64,000 bases of DNA from Paramecium tetraurelia (taxonomy: Eukaryota), in contig CT868274.1 in assembly GCA_000165425.1 (NCBI GenBank), positions 248,001-312,000 on the forward strand, written 5' to 3'. The notes below the pieces were generated by a model, which made no database searches, was not told the origin of the DNA, and saw only the letters and a list, made by a program, of their open reading frames with translations. The position numbers and the translations under genes were made by a program. Below are positions 16,147 through 28,138 of the stretch, piece after piece. Each line of letters begins with the position of its first letter. Within the stretch, counting starts at the first letter, position 1.

Positions 16147-19100
16147 ATGAAATGGCGCATTTTTTTGTATTTAAATAGAGAATTTGTTTGCGGGAAATGA
16201 TAAAATAATAATCATGTTCACAAATCTTAGATCTACAGACAACACAATTAGACAATAAGCAGAATAGGAATTGTATGCTTAGGTTGCAGCAAATCCAATA
16301 GCAATCCTTGAATAATTTTTGATAGCAATGTAAAACAAAGATGACACAGAATTTGTATCCATATTGTTATCTAAAACTATTTTTGAAAATGAGGAGAATA
16401 TTAGTAAGTTAGAATGGACTCATGTTGAGGCTGTGCTTAAATTCTGTATTAGTGAATTGAAATAAGAAAACAAGGTGTCTCATCTTAAGAGAATGTGTGA
16501 TTTGGCGGTAAAAGGATTATTAAAGTTCACAAAATATGATGAAATGATTATGTTACTATTTGAGATAGGCAGAAGTGCTCAGACTTTAAATTAGAAGTTG
16601 GCAACAATGTATTACATAGAGATCATGTGTGAATTTGCATTATGTGATGAATAATTGATTAAACACAGTTAATAGTTGAATGAAATATTTTCAGCATTTT
16701 TGAATGATCAATCCCCTTAAGTCAGAGCAGCAACTTGCTAAGGAATCAGTAGTTTCTTAGTGTCAATTGAAGAGGAATCATTATTGAATAGATTCAGCAA
16801 TAATGCAGTGGTGTTGTTATAATAGTTTGCATAAGTGATGTAAGTTGATCAAGAAGCATCAGTTTAAGCCTTACAATCAATAAATGAATTATTAGAAAAC
16901 CATCCTAAATTCATGAAAAATGTATATGGAGATCTATTAAACATCTATACCTAATTATTAGGATCATAATCAACAGTGTCATTGAAAAAGACAGCACTTC
17001 ATGGTCTATAAACCTTATGTTAAATTGCCCCAGCCTTTATCAGAAAGAGCGATCAATTTAAGACCTAATCCAATCTAATGATAATGAAGATGTTAACAGA
17101 AGTAGATAGAAAGGACTGGGAAAATACCTTTGACGATAATTGTTTATAATTGAATGATTTATCAAGTGTTGCTGAAGATTGTTTAGGTAAAATGGTTCGA
17201 GATTTGGGAGTGAAATATTTGTTACCAATATTTGTTCCACTCATAATGTAAGCATTAAGATCCCCAGTTATTAATGAATAACATGCTGGTTTGATTGCTA
17301 TGGCAACATTATCAGATAAGGCAGCAGAACATTTCTAGAATGAATTACCTAGCATAATGGATTTGATATTGCCATTATCTCAATCATAAAACAAATTGAT
17401 TGTTTATGATTTATTGACATGTTTAGCAGCACTCTGTTAGGAATTCACACCAAAGATCTAAATTAATTATGGATCATAGATTCTATAATTGATAGTGACA
17501 TGCATGTAATAAAAGATCTCATAGAAAATCCAATATATTTCTATAGCTTGTTTAGTAGATTTTACAAGGGAATTAGTAGAAGATAAAGAGGCAGCAAAGA
17601 ATGTATTGACTCCAGTATCAACCTTTATGATTGAATAATTATACTCAGTCATTCAAACTAATTTGACAGGTTCAATAGATCAATAATAATAATAAATATT
17701 AGAATAAGCACTCTCTGCATTCAGTGCATTGGCTACTAGTTTATAAGAACATTTCACTTAATATTACGATTAGATGATGCCCTACATGATGTAAATGATG
17801 TAGACAGTCACAGTAAATGAAGTTAAATCACTATTGTTAGAATGCATTGGTTGTTTCTTAGTTTCAATTAGTACAACAAGAAAGGAATAATGCAAGACTG
17901 ATTCTAATTAATTGGTCACACATTTCATCTAATTATAGAATAAAATGGAATCAGATGATCCCTCTCATTCATCCATCTTCTTCTTCTACACTTAAGTGGC
18001 TACAGCCTTGAGATGCGAATTCGGTTAATACTTAGAAGCTATCTTCCCATTGGTAGAAAGAGCAATGAGATTGGATGTTGGATTCTCAGTCAATTCATAG
18101 GCTGAAGGCAAGAACATCACTAAAGTCAAGTTGGATCTCAAATTCTTGGGAGTTAAAAGCTTATCACTTAATACCAGTGCACTAGAATAAAAGGTAGAAG
18201 GAGCTCACACTCTAGTTAACTTAGCTGAGTAATGTGGCAAATCCTTCTATCCATACATCACTAAAACAATAGTATTAATGAAAGAATTCATTAGCTATAA
18301 ACACAGCTCATAAATCTAAAAGTCTATGGCTAAATGCGCTGAATATTTGTTAGCTGCATGCACACTTGAAACAGATATGGCATAAGTACTTATTTAAGTT
18401 ACTCCTATGCTCATTACTGAATTCACTGTATTCCTCAACAGCAAAACCTACGATAGACTGCTGCAGAAATCGCAGAAGTATTGGCTAATTGCTTGAATTA
18501 AGTTAAAGCCCCTATTTTGGATGCTACTACTATTGATTCAATGTATTCAACATCTAATAAGGCTCTTGCAGCAATAGTGAAGACTAAAGAGTCAATTACT
18601 TATGAAGATGAGGAGTAATTTGAAGCTGACTGTGAAGAAATTGATTAATTACTTGATCACATTACAAATATTGTAACTGAATTGATTTCTAATCATAAAT
18701 GCGAATCTGTATAAACTATGATGCCTACCTATTACTCATTCTTAAATACTAAATCAACCAAATCATAGACCATTAACTCTATTGCATTTTTCAATATTGT
18801 TTTACCTCTTTGCAATGAATCAGTATTCTAATAAGCATAAAATGAAATATTAAAATGCTATTCCTCTTTTGCCAAAACAGCTGATTTGGAAATGAAACAA
18901 AATCTATTATTTGGTTATGGTAATATTGCAAAAAGACTTCCCACTCTTGATACAACTCAAGTTATCGAATTAGCTTCAACAATCATTGAATAACCTGATT
19001 GCAAACATGTTGATAAAGTAGCATCGTATGAAACTGCCTTGACCACCTTAGGTAAAGTAGCCATGTATTGCAATGTTGCTTAAAAAGAATAACTCCTTAA

Positions 19101-19343
19101 TAAATTCTTAGATTCTCTTCCACATGAATACCAAGATAGCTAAGAAACTCATTTAATGTTTATTAGAGAAGTAATTTTATATTCTAATATAAATAGGTTT
19201 AAAATAACAACCCAACATTGATGTAATGCAAAGACTTAGTAATCCAAGCTCTGAATAGAATCAAAACTTAAGATTGCAACAATCCTGAAAATGAATTGTT
19301 GTGCGATGAAGGAAGAAAATTGATTTCATAATTATTATGTTGA
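16147..19343 (+). CDS. IPO5: Importin-5 / karyopherin beta-3 (Pse1/Kap121)-like HEAT-repeat protein
   Basis: LRSTDNTIRQQAE, HAGLIAMA, LLECIGCF, DDPSHS, FGQYLEAIFPLV, LNTSALEQK. The start and one internal frame change need non-standard explanations (see findings). Confidence 0.85.
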
Positions 19344-19429
19344 ATTTTATAAGTTATAGATTCATGTTTTATTGCTATTTTTATTTTTATTGATTCTGTG
19401 CTATTTAACCGATAGTAATCTCAAAATCT

Positions 19430-21026
19430 AAATCACAGGGATATAGAATTAAGTTTGAATAAACTCATATCACATGAATAATACAAAAAATTATATCCCT
19501 TTCATTAAAGAGAGGTTGACTATATTAAGAATATTAATGACCATTTTCAATATAAAATAACAAAGAGCATCATCTTTTGTTTATAATCTTTGATTATTGA
19601 AGAAGAAATTATAATTATTCAAATACAATGTTGTCTTCCTCTCAGCTTTTCAACAGTTATTAAAAATTCTTCTAATCCATCTGATTGAATTGTCAATAAG
19701 AATTGATTGGTTACAATTATATCATCATTTAGTATTGTTTTTCCTAATTCACAGGTCATATTAATTCTATTTTTGTTTTTTAAGGAATAGCATTCAAACC
19801 CAACTTTATAATTCTATTAACATGTGTACAATTATTCAAGATACTTTAATAATTCAATTCCAGTTGTTTCTCTTTCGACTTGTAAGTGTAATCTGGAATT
19901 TTCCACCTCCAATATATCTTCATTTCCTATTTTATTTATCTCAAACTTCCACGTTGAAGTAAGATTTTTCAATAATGAAACATTCTTCTATATCTAGAAA
20001 TTAACTATGTTTTTTTTCAGGATAAATTCTTGTAATTTAGAAGAATTTCTAGGTGTCTCTAATGAAAATGCCAATTAGAATATTTCTTCATAGTCTTTCA
20101 ACAATAAGTCTGTCATTTATTTTTCTTTCTAATTTAGTTTTTCTATCAATGACTCTTTAATTGATGTAAATCTATCATTTATTTACTTCTTTATTTATTA
20201 AATCTATTTTGAAAGTTCATAGCATTTCAATCTATTCTAAGAAACACTAAGTAACTTATTATTTTGCTAATCTCCAAATTCTGAATTCTTTTTCAGATCA
20301 CATTAACTAATTTCTTATTAATATGTTTACTTTTCTGATTGAAAATCTTATATTGTTGTATCAATAACTATCTCCTCTATATCTTCTTGGTCCAATTTAA
20401 TATTAGTTGATTCTGAATTAAAATTGGATTCTTTGAATATGATTTAACTATTTTACAAATCTTATTGAAGATAAAATATTAAAATATCATTTGGATAGTA
20501 TCCCACTATTTCATCAAACTATAATAAAATGTTTCTTTATTTTGAATAGCAAATCCATTCATGAGTTTCCTTTTTGATATTAGCTTTGCTATCAATTAAA
20601 TTCTAATGCTAAATCATAATATCAAAGATCTCTTAAATTGTAACATCGAATTCTATCATAAAAAATTACTTTTGAGTTAAAAACTCCACTTAAATTTCTA
20701 GATTTTTATAATATTAATCTTCTAATCTATATTTTTTAATGTCACCTATAAGAAAGCGAGATTTTTATGATTTGTATAAATTTTCAGTATTATTAAAAAT
20801 CAAAGTATCGTTATCACATGTCCCAATACTTTATTTTGGTTGCAAAAGGCATCCTCTTTATTCTGAATAACAGTTCCATCCATTTTATCCAAAACTTTTT
20901 AATAGAAAATTATTACTTTAAATCTAAATTTTCAATCAGAAAATCCTTAACTTTTTCAACTGTTTCTTCAGTACTTAGCTCTAATTACAAAGAGATGTTG
21001 TTTATAATTATTGTTACCTCAATCAT
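19430..21026 (-). CDS. Hypothetical protein with tandem putative ubiquitin-like modules
   Basis: ATG at 21026. Repeated segments WNCYSE..IGTCDNDTLIF, WICYSK..VGYYPNDILIF and FECYSL..LGKTILNDDIIV. 3' end approximate. Confidence 0.65.
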
Positions 21027-21348
21027 TTAGTTTAATAGAATTTAAAAATATTATTACAATATATATTGTTTATTTAAATGTGACAATTTATATATCCATA
21101 TTAATTTTGTAGTATTTAATATACTGATTTTAAAACTATCATCATATTAATGAATGGTTATAAAATCATAACATCTTTTAATTTGTATTTATGACATTAC
21201 TCACTATTCAATATTCATCTATGATTTCTTAAGAAGAATATTCAAAAGTATTTTAGTTCACTTACGTATAAACCATCTTATAAGGAATAGGATTTTATTT
21301 GAATATATGAATTAATATAATTTATTAAAATAGAAATAAAGATATAAG

Positions 21349-21756
21349 TCATTAAATCTATGATTGTTATTGACTATGATATTTATCCTCTAAAATTAAT
21401 GCCCATAAATACTAAGAAATCTCTATTTCCATTCTTTAGCAATCACATTTTATAATTTAGGATCAACAAAAATAATTATATTAGTTCTCTGGTATTTTCA
21501 CCTTTCCAATTTTAGTGACTTCTTTCAATCCATTTTACTAAGTATACAGTTAATCATAAAATGATGGATGTTCATTTGCTGGAATTATACTATAGAGCAC
21601 TCTCATATTATCCTTATTTAATATTTCATTCCTTCTTTCAATCAAACTTTCACTTTTAGATCGTTGAGTTATTCTTGGTTTCACAATTGAATATACAGCC
21701 AATAGAGCAGTATATCCTAATCCAAAAATGAGGGCTGCCTTTTCTGCCTTTGTCAT
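21349..21756 (-). CDS. Small protein with an N-terminal transmembrane helix
   Basis: MTKAEKAALIFGLGYTALLAVYSIVKP. Reads through TAA, has one intron, and ends at TGA 21349-21351. Confidence 0.7.
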
Positions 21757-21855
21757 TTACAAATATTAAATTTTAAATATGTCAATTATTTTTATTTCAA
21801 ATTTGTTGTATATCTTATTAAATACATATATATTCATATATAAATAATGGAAAAA

Positions 21856-23972
21856 TCATTTATATTTATTGCAAGCTCCCTACATACTCTTAAACCAGTC
21901 TATAGGTCCACTAGCACTTGCTCTGTTTACTATCATTTTTGGTATATATCCTTTAATATCATTGTTAGAACAAATCGAGATTTTCACATTGTTTTATTCA
22001 TGAACTTCAAAGATCATAGAGGATATTTCTGTGTGTGCTCTAATTCTTTTGCTATTTATTGGATGTTGAGGATAATCAACAGAATAAAATAGTAAAGTGA
22101 TCTACCCTGTTTAAGGGAAATCCTATCTCAAAATTCTTCTCTAGACCCATTCTCTGGGAGTGACTAGACTAATCGGAGGTTGAACATAATAAGCCACAAT
22201 ATCTATATCTTCAGTTTCTGTTTGGATAATCTAGAAATCTCTGAGTAATTTATCCCTATTGAATTAATAATGTAGATTACCATTCTCTCCTCAATTTTAT
22301 ATCATAAACTACTTTTAGTGCCAATTCTAGGGTAGTCTATCAAATTAAACAAATAATGTACATCTTTAATTATCCCAAATCCTTTGATAAATACACTGTC
22401 AGAGCCTTCTTTTAAGGTTTTATAAATCTGGGCATCCTTATTATTTATAGCCAAATCCCATTTATTGGTAGGTTCATGTATCAATTATAAAAATAAATTG
22501 AATTTTTCAATTGTTTTTTGGCAATAATGTTAAGGATAGAGTGGTTATTAATTTTCTCTTTCAAAATTGTGGATTATATCGTCGTAAGATTACAATGGGG
22601 TTGGATTTAAGTAGAATTTGGGATCAATTTTTGAGAATGATATTTTATTTGGATGAGAATGCAACTTCAATTTAATCTATTAGGATTTTCCCTTTATTTG
22701 ATCTAGTTCCACTTGTGATTCATTATTTTATATAATCATATCACATTATTATTCTTCAGCTTATATTTATTCTATATTTAATTTAATTTCATCCTCCTAT
22801 TATAAATTTAAAATAGTATTTTATTTCTACATGATAAATTAGATATCTTAACCAACATTCTCCAAGTTTCTAAAATTTTACTGTTAAACATATAATTTCA
22901 GACTAGTAGTGTTTACCTTTAGATTTAATTAAGAATTAAGCATTTTAATATAGTAGATACTCATTTATGGATCTGGATATTATTTAGACAAATGAGCAAT
23001 CTCATTTGAATAAATGAACTCTCTAGCCTTTTTAATAATCTAAGGTAATTTATGATCAGGTAACTAATTTGAAAATAATGTGACTACTGGTTTTATGACA
23101 TTATCAATGCCTTTTAAAATAGAGATTTCAAGTTGATTTCTAAAATGAGACTATTCATTAACCAGTTGAGTCTCTCCTTAATTAAGATATATATTTTAAT
23201 CCTACAAACTAAAATACTTTAAAATCTTTAATTGTTCTTATAATAATAATAAACTTAATTCTATGGAACATAGATACAAATCCTGTTTTAGAAAAACAAA
23301 AGCCTTTTTCAAAAGTTTTTGAAGTTGAATTTAATTGATGATTGAGAAATATCTAAAATGAAGTGCTACCTTTATTTCTGTTAGGATTTTATCAATTACA
23401 AATCTTTATAGATTTAAATTATAATTATATTTCTTTTACTATTATTACGCCCATTTTAGGATAGTTCTAATTCTTATATCATAAATATCTATCTCTGTAA
23501 TATCCTATTTATTTTATAAGGTTTTCTTAATTCTCTTTCCTACCTAATGACCTCCAAACACACCCAAAACTCCTCCTCCAATCCCTCCCACTAAAGCAAA
23601 TCCAAAAACAAAAAATCCTATCGCTCCCAATAAGATCATTCCAATAACTGTCCTATTATTATATTTATTTAAATATTACCCTAATTTTCTCTGATCAAAC
23701 TCATCACACTTCGAAAGCGCATCTTCAAATTCTTTTACTTGCATTGGAGTTAAGTAATTTTAAGATATGTAGAAATGTTTTGACAATAATAGTTAAACGA
23801 ATTTAGCCGGAGTTGTAGCAAGTCCACTAAATTCAATTCCTAACAGAATATTTAAAGTGTTGTGCAATATTCCAAATTCATAAAACTGACTGCAATAGTT
23901 CCACATTTTTTAAAATGTTTTTATTTAGAGCATCGATTGAACTTGCTTTAAGTAATTTTGAAGATTTTTCAT
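21856..23972 (-). CDS. START-domain lipid-transfer protein with an N-terminal Gly-rich membrane hairpin
   Basis: C-terminal START motifs W..AINNKDAQIY, PPISLVTPREWV, KRIRA, DIKGYIPKMIVN. N-terminal GGIGGGVLGVFGG. Confidence 0.85.
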
Positions 23973-24209
23973 AGTATATTTTGTTTTTAAATAAATATAG
24001 GATATGTCTTAATAATATTATGAATAAATAATATAAAATATTAATATAAAATAATATTGTCTAATTGTTGCTCTGTAATCATTATCTTCAAAATCCTTAT
24101 TTGAAATACATCCATAATTTATGGATTTAATTATGTCAAGGTGTTTAAAAGATCAATATTTTATGTTTTCTTACTGATGGTCTGACATGTATAATTTTTA
24201 ATTAAAATT

Positions 24210-24988
24210 ATGATAATACCAACATAAGACTTACCTTTTAATTCTTTTTAGTAGGTATAAGTTACAAATCATTTTAAGGCAGTGCAAAGAGATATCAATT
24301 AAGATGTTTTTGATTTAGTACTGGGTTCAATAAGAAATATTAAGTCCTGAATTATTGCCATATTTTGATGTTTCTAAAATACAAGATGCATTAAAAGGAT
24401 AGCTGGATTCAATACAAGATTTAAAGAAAGATTTGTCTAAACATAACAAATAACGAGATACTCAATATTTGACATTGCATGTAATTGAATTAGAGAGAAT
24501 CTAATATTTTTATCAATAATATTTACGAACAAGAATGTTGAAGTTGATCTCGAATGCATTCTATTATTATAACAATATTGGAGAATATTAAATAAGTTTG
24601 AAAGAGAAAGAATTCTTGAAAGCTTTGGTTGAAAAGAAGCTGACTATTTATTCACAAATTGTTTATAATATTATCAGAAAACTTAGAGAAATTTTGGAGT
24701 GAGATTGGATAATCAAAATTAATCATATAAAGTTAATAAGATGATAAAATCAGTAAAATCAAGTTCGATGATATATAGATGTATAAAAGCCAGATGTTAA
24801 TTAATATGTAGTAATTCATGTGAATACATCAAGAACTATACATGTTGGGTCTATGTAATTCATTAATAATATTTAAAAGAGCATTAAGTGAAAATGACAG
24901 TGCCTTAGTTTCATATGACGACATAAAGTAGTTATCATACGTTATTCTTAGATTCATGGTACCAATTAAGAGTGTGACATTGATTTGA
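24210..24988 (+). CDS. GINS4: GINS complex subunit Sld5-like (5' frame unresolved)
   Basis: EILSPELLPY and IELERIQYFYQQYLRTRMLKL match the Sld5 core; KPDVNQYV near the C-terminus. Confidence 0.75.
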
Positions 24989-25019
24989 AATAATAATATT
25001 ATTTTTTCATCAAATCTTT

Positions 25020-25598
25020 ATGAATATTATCAACCAGTTATTGGCAGGAGCTAATTGTATGACAATTCATAACCAGTTTAGTGTTTAGACTCAATTTCCA
25101 GATGTGCAACAATAAGAATGCCATTCCCTAACCAAAAGAAAAGGAAGAATAACTTAATTTACTTTAAAATACTATTTTCTCTAATCTAGTACACACACTT
25201 CTTAATAAATTAGTTCATGGCATCCTAGATGAAAACTGCCCAGCAATCCCAGACCTAATAAGCCTAAGTAATACAAAAGTCAAAAAAGATGTATCTATTT
25301 CTAAATATCGTTTTAGAAGCAAACGTAACAATAATTGTGGACACCCTGAAAAAGAACATTATGCTAAGGGTATGTGCAATAATTGTTATCATAAATACGG
25401 TAGAACTAAGAAACCTTGGATCTGTGGACACGATAAATTATATGCTTGTATTAATTATTTATTTAATAACTATTAGAAGGATTATGTTAGAATTGCTATA
25501 TCAATAAATACAATCAAAAGAGAAGAGAATAAGGGGATAATGACATTCTCAAACAAGAAGACCCAAATCCACAGTAATTAGAACAATAATAGTCATGA
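25020..25598 (+). CDS. Ciliate-type Cys/His zinc-binding protein (two CxH..YAxGxCxNCY units)
   Basis: CGHPEKEHYAKGMCNNCYHKYGRTKKPWICGHDKLYA..GLCQNCY. Confidence 0.75.
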
Positions 25599-25677
25599 AT
25601 ATTTATTTCTAATTATATTATTATGATTATTTCCCTTTCCTATTTATACACATATCCTTATAACAAAAACAAATGAA

Positions 25678-26313
25678 TCATTTCTTATTGGCCTCTTGTA
25701 ACAACTCATTTATAAGATTTCTCATCTTTGGTTGGACAATGTAGCCTTTCACATCAAGATATTCGGCACTGTCGATTTTACGCTCAACTAACTAGAATTA
25801 ATAATTGATTATCTATTTACTAAGGCTTTGTTTGGCATACTATAAATTCTTAAGACAATAAATCGTTAATATAATTCTTAAGATGCTCCAAATCCAAAAG
25901 TCTTTTTAGTTTTCTTGTCCTGACAATTATTTAATATCATTACATCATAGATTATAAAAATATCTCCTTCTTTGACTTTCTCAAACCATTAATAAATGTA
26001 TGTAGATACATAATAACTAATACACGTGTATAATCAAATTTACAATATGATGCATGCTATCAATATATAGTAGTCTTGAGGATAAGGAATGATGTGATAA
26101 TGTGAATAGATTACATTAGCAATCATAAACAAACCAAAAATTACTTTGTAATTCTGAAATTAAAAGTTTTCTTTCAATCCATCTTTGACAATCAATTCAT
26201 CTGAGATAAATTTACAAAAGGCATCCTTTGTCATATAAGTATCAAATTTATTTTCAGTCCTGTATATTTCTATGTTTATTTCTTATTTTACTTGGTTTTT
26301 ATTCTTTTACCAT
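25678..26313 (-). CDS. SPCS2: Signal peptidase complex subunit 2 (SPC25)
   Basis: Two TM segments (ENFQFQNYKVIFGLFMIA and YYILIACII), then EGDIF and SAEYLDVKGYI. Confidence 0.8.
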
Positions 26314-26521
26314 TTTATTAAATAATAATTTATAAAATTATCCTAATTTTTGAAAGTAAGAATAGAATATATAATTTATGATATTAAAATAAGCAAGAAT
26401 AGAAACTTACTATTTCTTGTTTATTTTTTTTATATTTTTATGTATTGTTAAAATCTCTTAATTACAATTCATTTTAATAGAGTAAAATATCTAATATACT
26501 TAATTTACAAATAAAAATTCA

Positions 26522-27914
26522 TCATTAATCTTCTATATTTTCTCTCTTGACAGGGAAAAGTTCTCTCTTTTTTTTAAGTTACATCTTAGCAATTGGTAAT
26601 TAAAATAACCATTCAGGTACTAAACATCCTGAAACTTTTAACACAATAGCCAATGTAAAAAGTTATGGCCTTCCCTTATTTACCAGCTCTTCCCGTTCTA
26701 CCTACTCTATGTACATAAGTAATTATAGATTATGGGAAATCATAATTAATAACTAATTAAACATAATTAAAATCTATTCCTCTAACCATCATATCAGTAC
26801 AAATACGCATCCAAATTGTACCCTTATGAAATTATTCCGCAATATCTTATCTTGTCTTGCTCCATATCTCCATTAATACAATTCACTTTAATTATTTTCA
26901 ATTATTCTATTTCATATGTCAAAGCTTCAGCTTTTATTTTAGATTATACAAACACCAAAACAGGTAGAGTCATTTATCCTTCATTTATTAAATTTCTGAT
27001 TTCTTAAATTTTCCATATTCATTTGTTATATATCTTAATTGTTAATCGATCCTACTTAAAACATGATTTCATCCTCAGATCTTTAATTTTTATAAGGTCT
27101 ATTAATAAATCACTATAGATATCTTTCAACTGGTTCAGCTTTGGTAGCACTGAAGAACATTTATGTGATTTGTAATGATTCCAATATTCTTAACAATTAT
27201 TTCACTAATACTAACAATCCTAACTCAACGTATCCATAATTAAATATTTTACAGTACTTAAGTCAACCACTTTATGCAATTTTAGAACGTAAGTGTAGAG
27301 CTAATGAGTATATCAAGATGATTCGATGCATATTTAAATGCCTACCTTTTCTCGAATCATTTCTTATAATTGCTTAATCTTGAATTCTTTATTAAATTTA
27401 TTGAATTCTTTATATAATAGATCCGCCAATTCTTAAGCTGGAGCAAAAACTAAACATCTTGGTCTTCCTTCTTTATGACTTTCTAAATTATGTAAAGTAG
27501 GCAAAGCAAAGGCACAAGTCTTAGCCGACCCTTTAGGTGCAATTAGATTCTTCTTTTACAAAATAATGCGAATAGCAATCATTTAAATTAGAGTTGGTTT
27601 ATTATAACCGGATTTAGCTATTTAGTTCATTAATCTGATTTAGATAATTGTTCATCTTAGAAAAATTATTCATATTTCATTTATATTATCCCTAATTATT
27701 TTTATTTTCAATTTAAAGAAGAGTTTTTCTATTCTAGATCTCTTAAGTTCTATTATTGGTCTTTTCTCTTTCATTTTAATCTAAACTTTCGTTTCTTCTT
27801 CTTCTTTTTAGATAATTGTTCAACTATATTAGGTATCTCTTCCGATTCTGATTCTTATTGTGATGCTACTACCTTATTCTTCATCCTTTTTCTTTTTTTA
27901 AGTACATATTCCAT
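26522..27914 (-). pseudogene. DDX52: Decayed DEAD-box RNA helicase of the DDX52/ROK1 type
   Basis: Remnants SGYNKPTLIQM, RGIDF..V.LVINYDFP, HRVGRTGRAG, SGCLVPEW. Walker A degraded to APKGSAKT, DEAD deleted with a frameshift (LIMD-TLS), and in-frame TGAs near 27650-27675. Confidence 0.8.
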
Positions 27915-28138
27915 ACTTTAATACTTAAATTACACTTAGCATAATTAAATATATTAATTGATAAATAAAATACAAAATATATAATTGTCATTCATCCATA
28001 TCATTTCACATTACAGAATTTGATTTATAACAACAACCAAGCTAATAAATGTAAATTAGATTAAATGATTATTTTATTTTTATTCATAAAAGTTTATGAA
28101 TAGTAATTAAGATTAAGTTTATATTTTATTTATTAAGA

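Noticed and set aside
24134..24188. atgtca...ctgacat stem with a CTGA, a possible C/D snoRNA
   Set aside because: No box C (RTGATGA) after the 5' stem.
27640..27680. In-frame TGAs in the helicase read as selenocysteine or readthrough
   Set aside because: They come with frameshifts and lost catalytic motifs; pseudogenisation is the simpler explanation.
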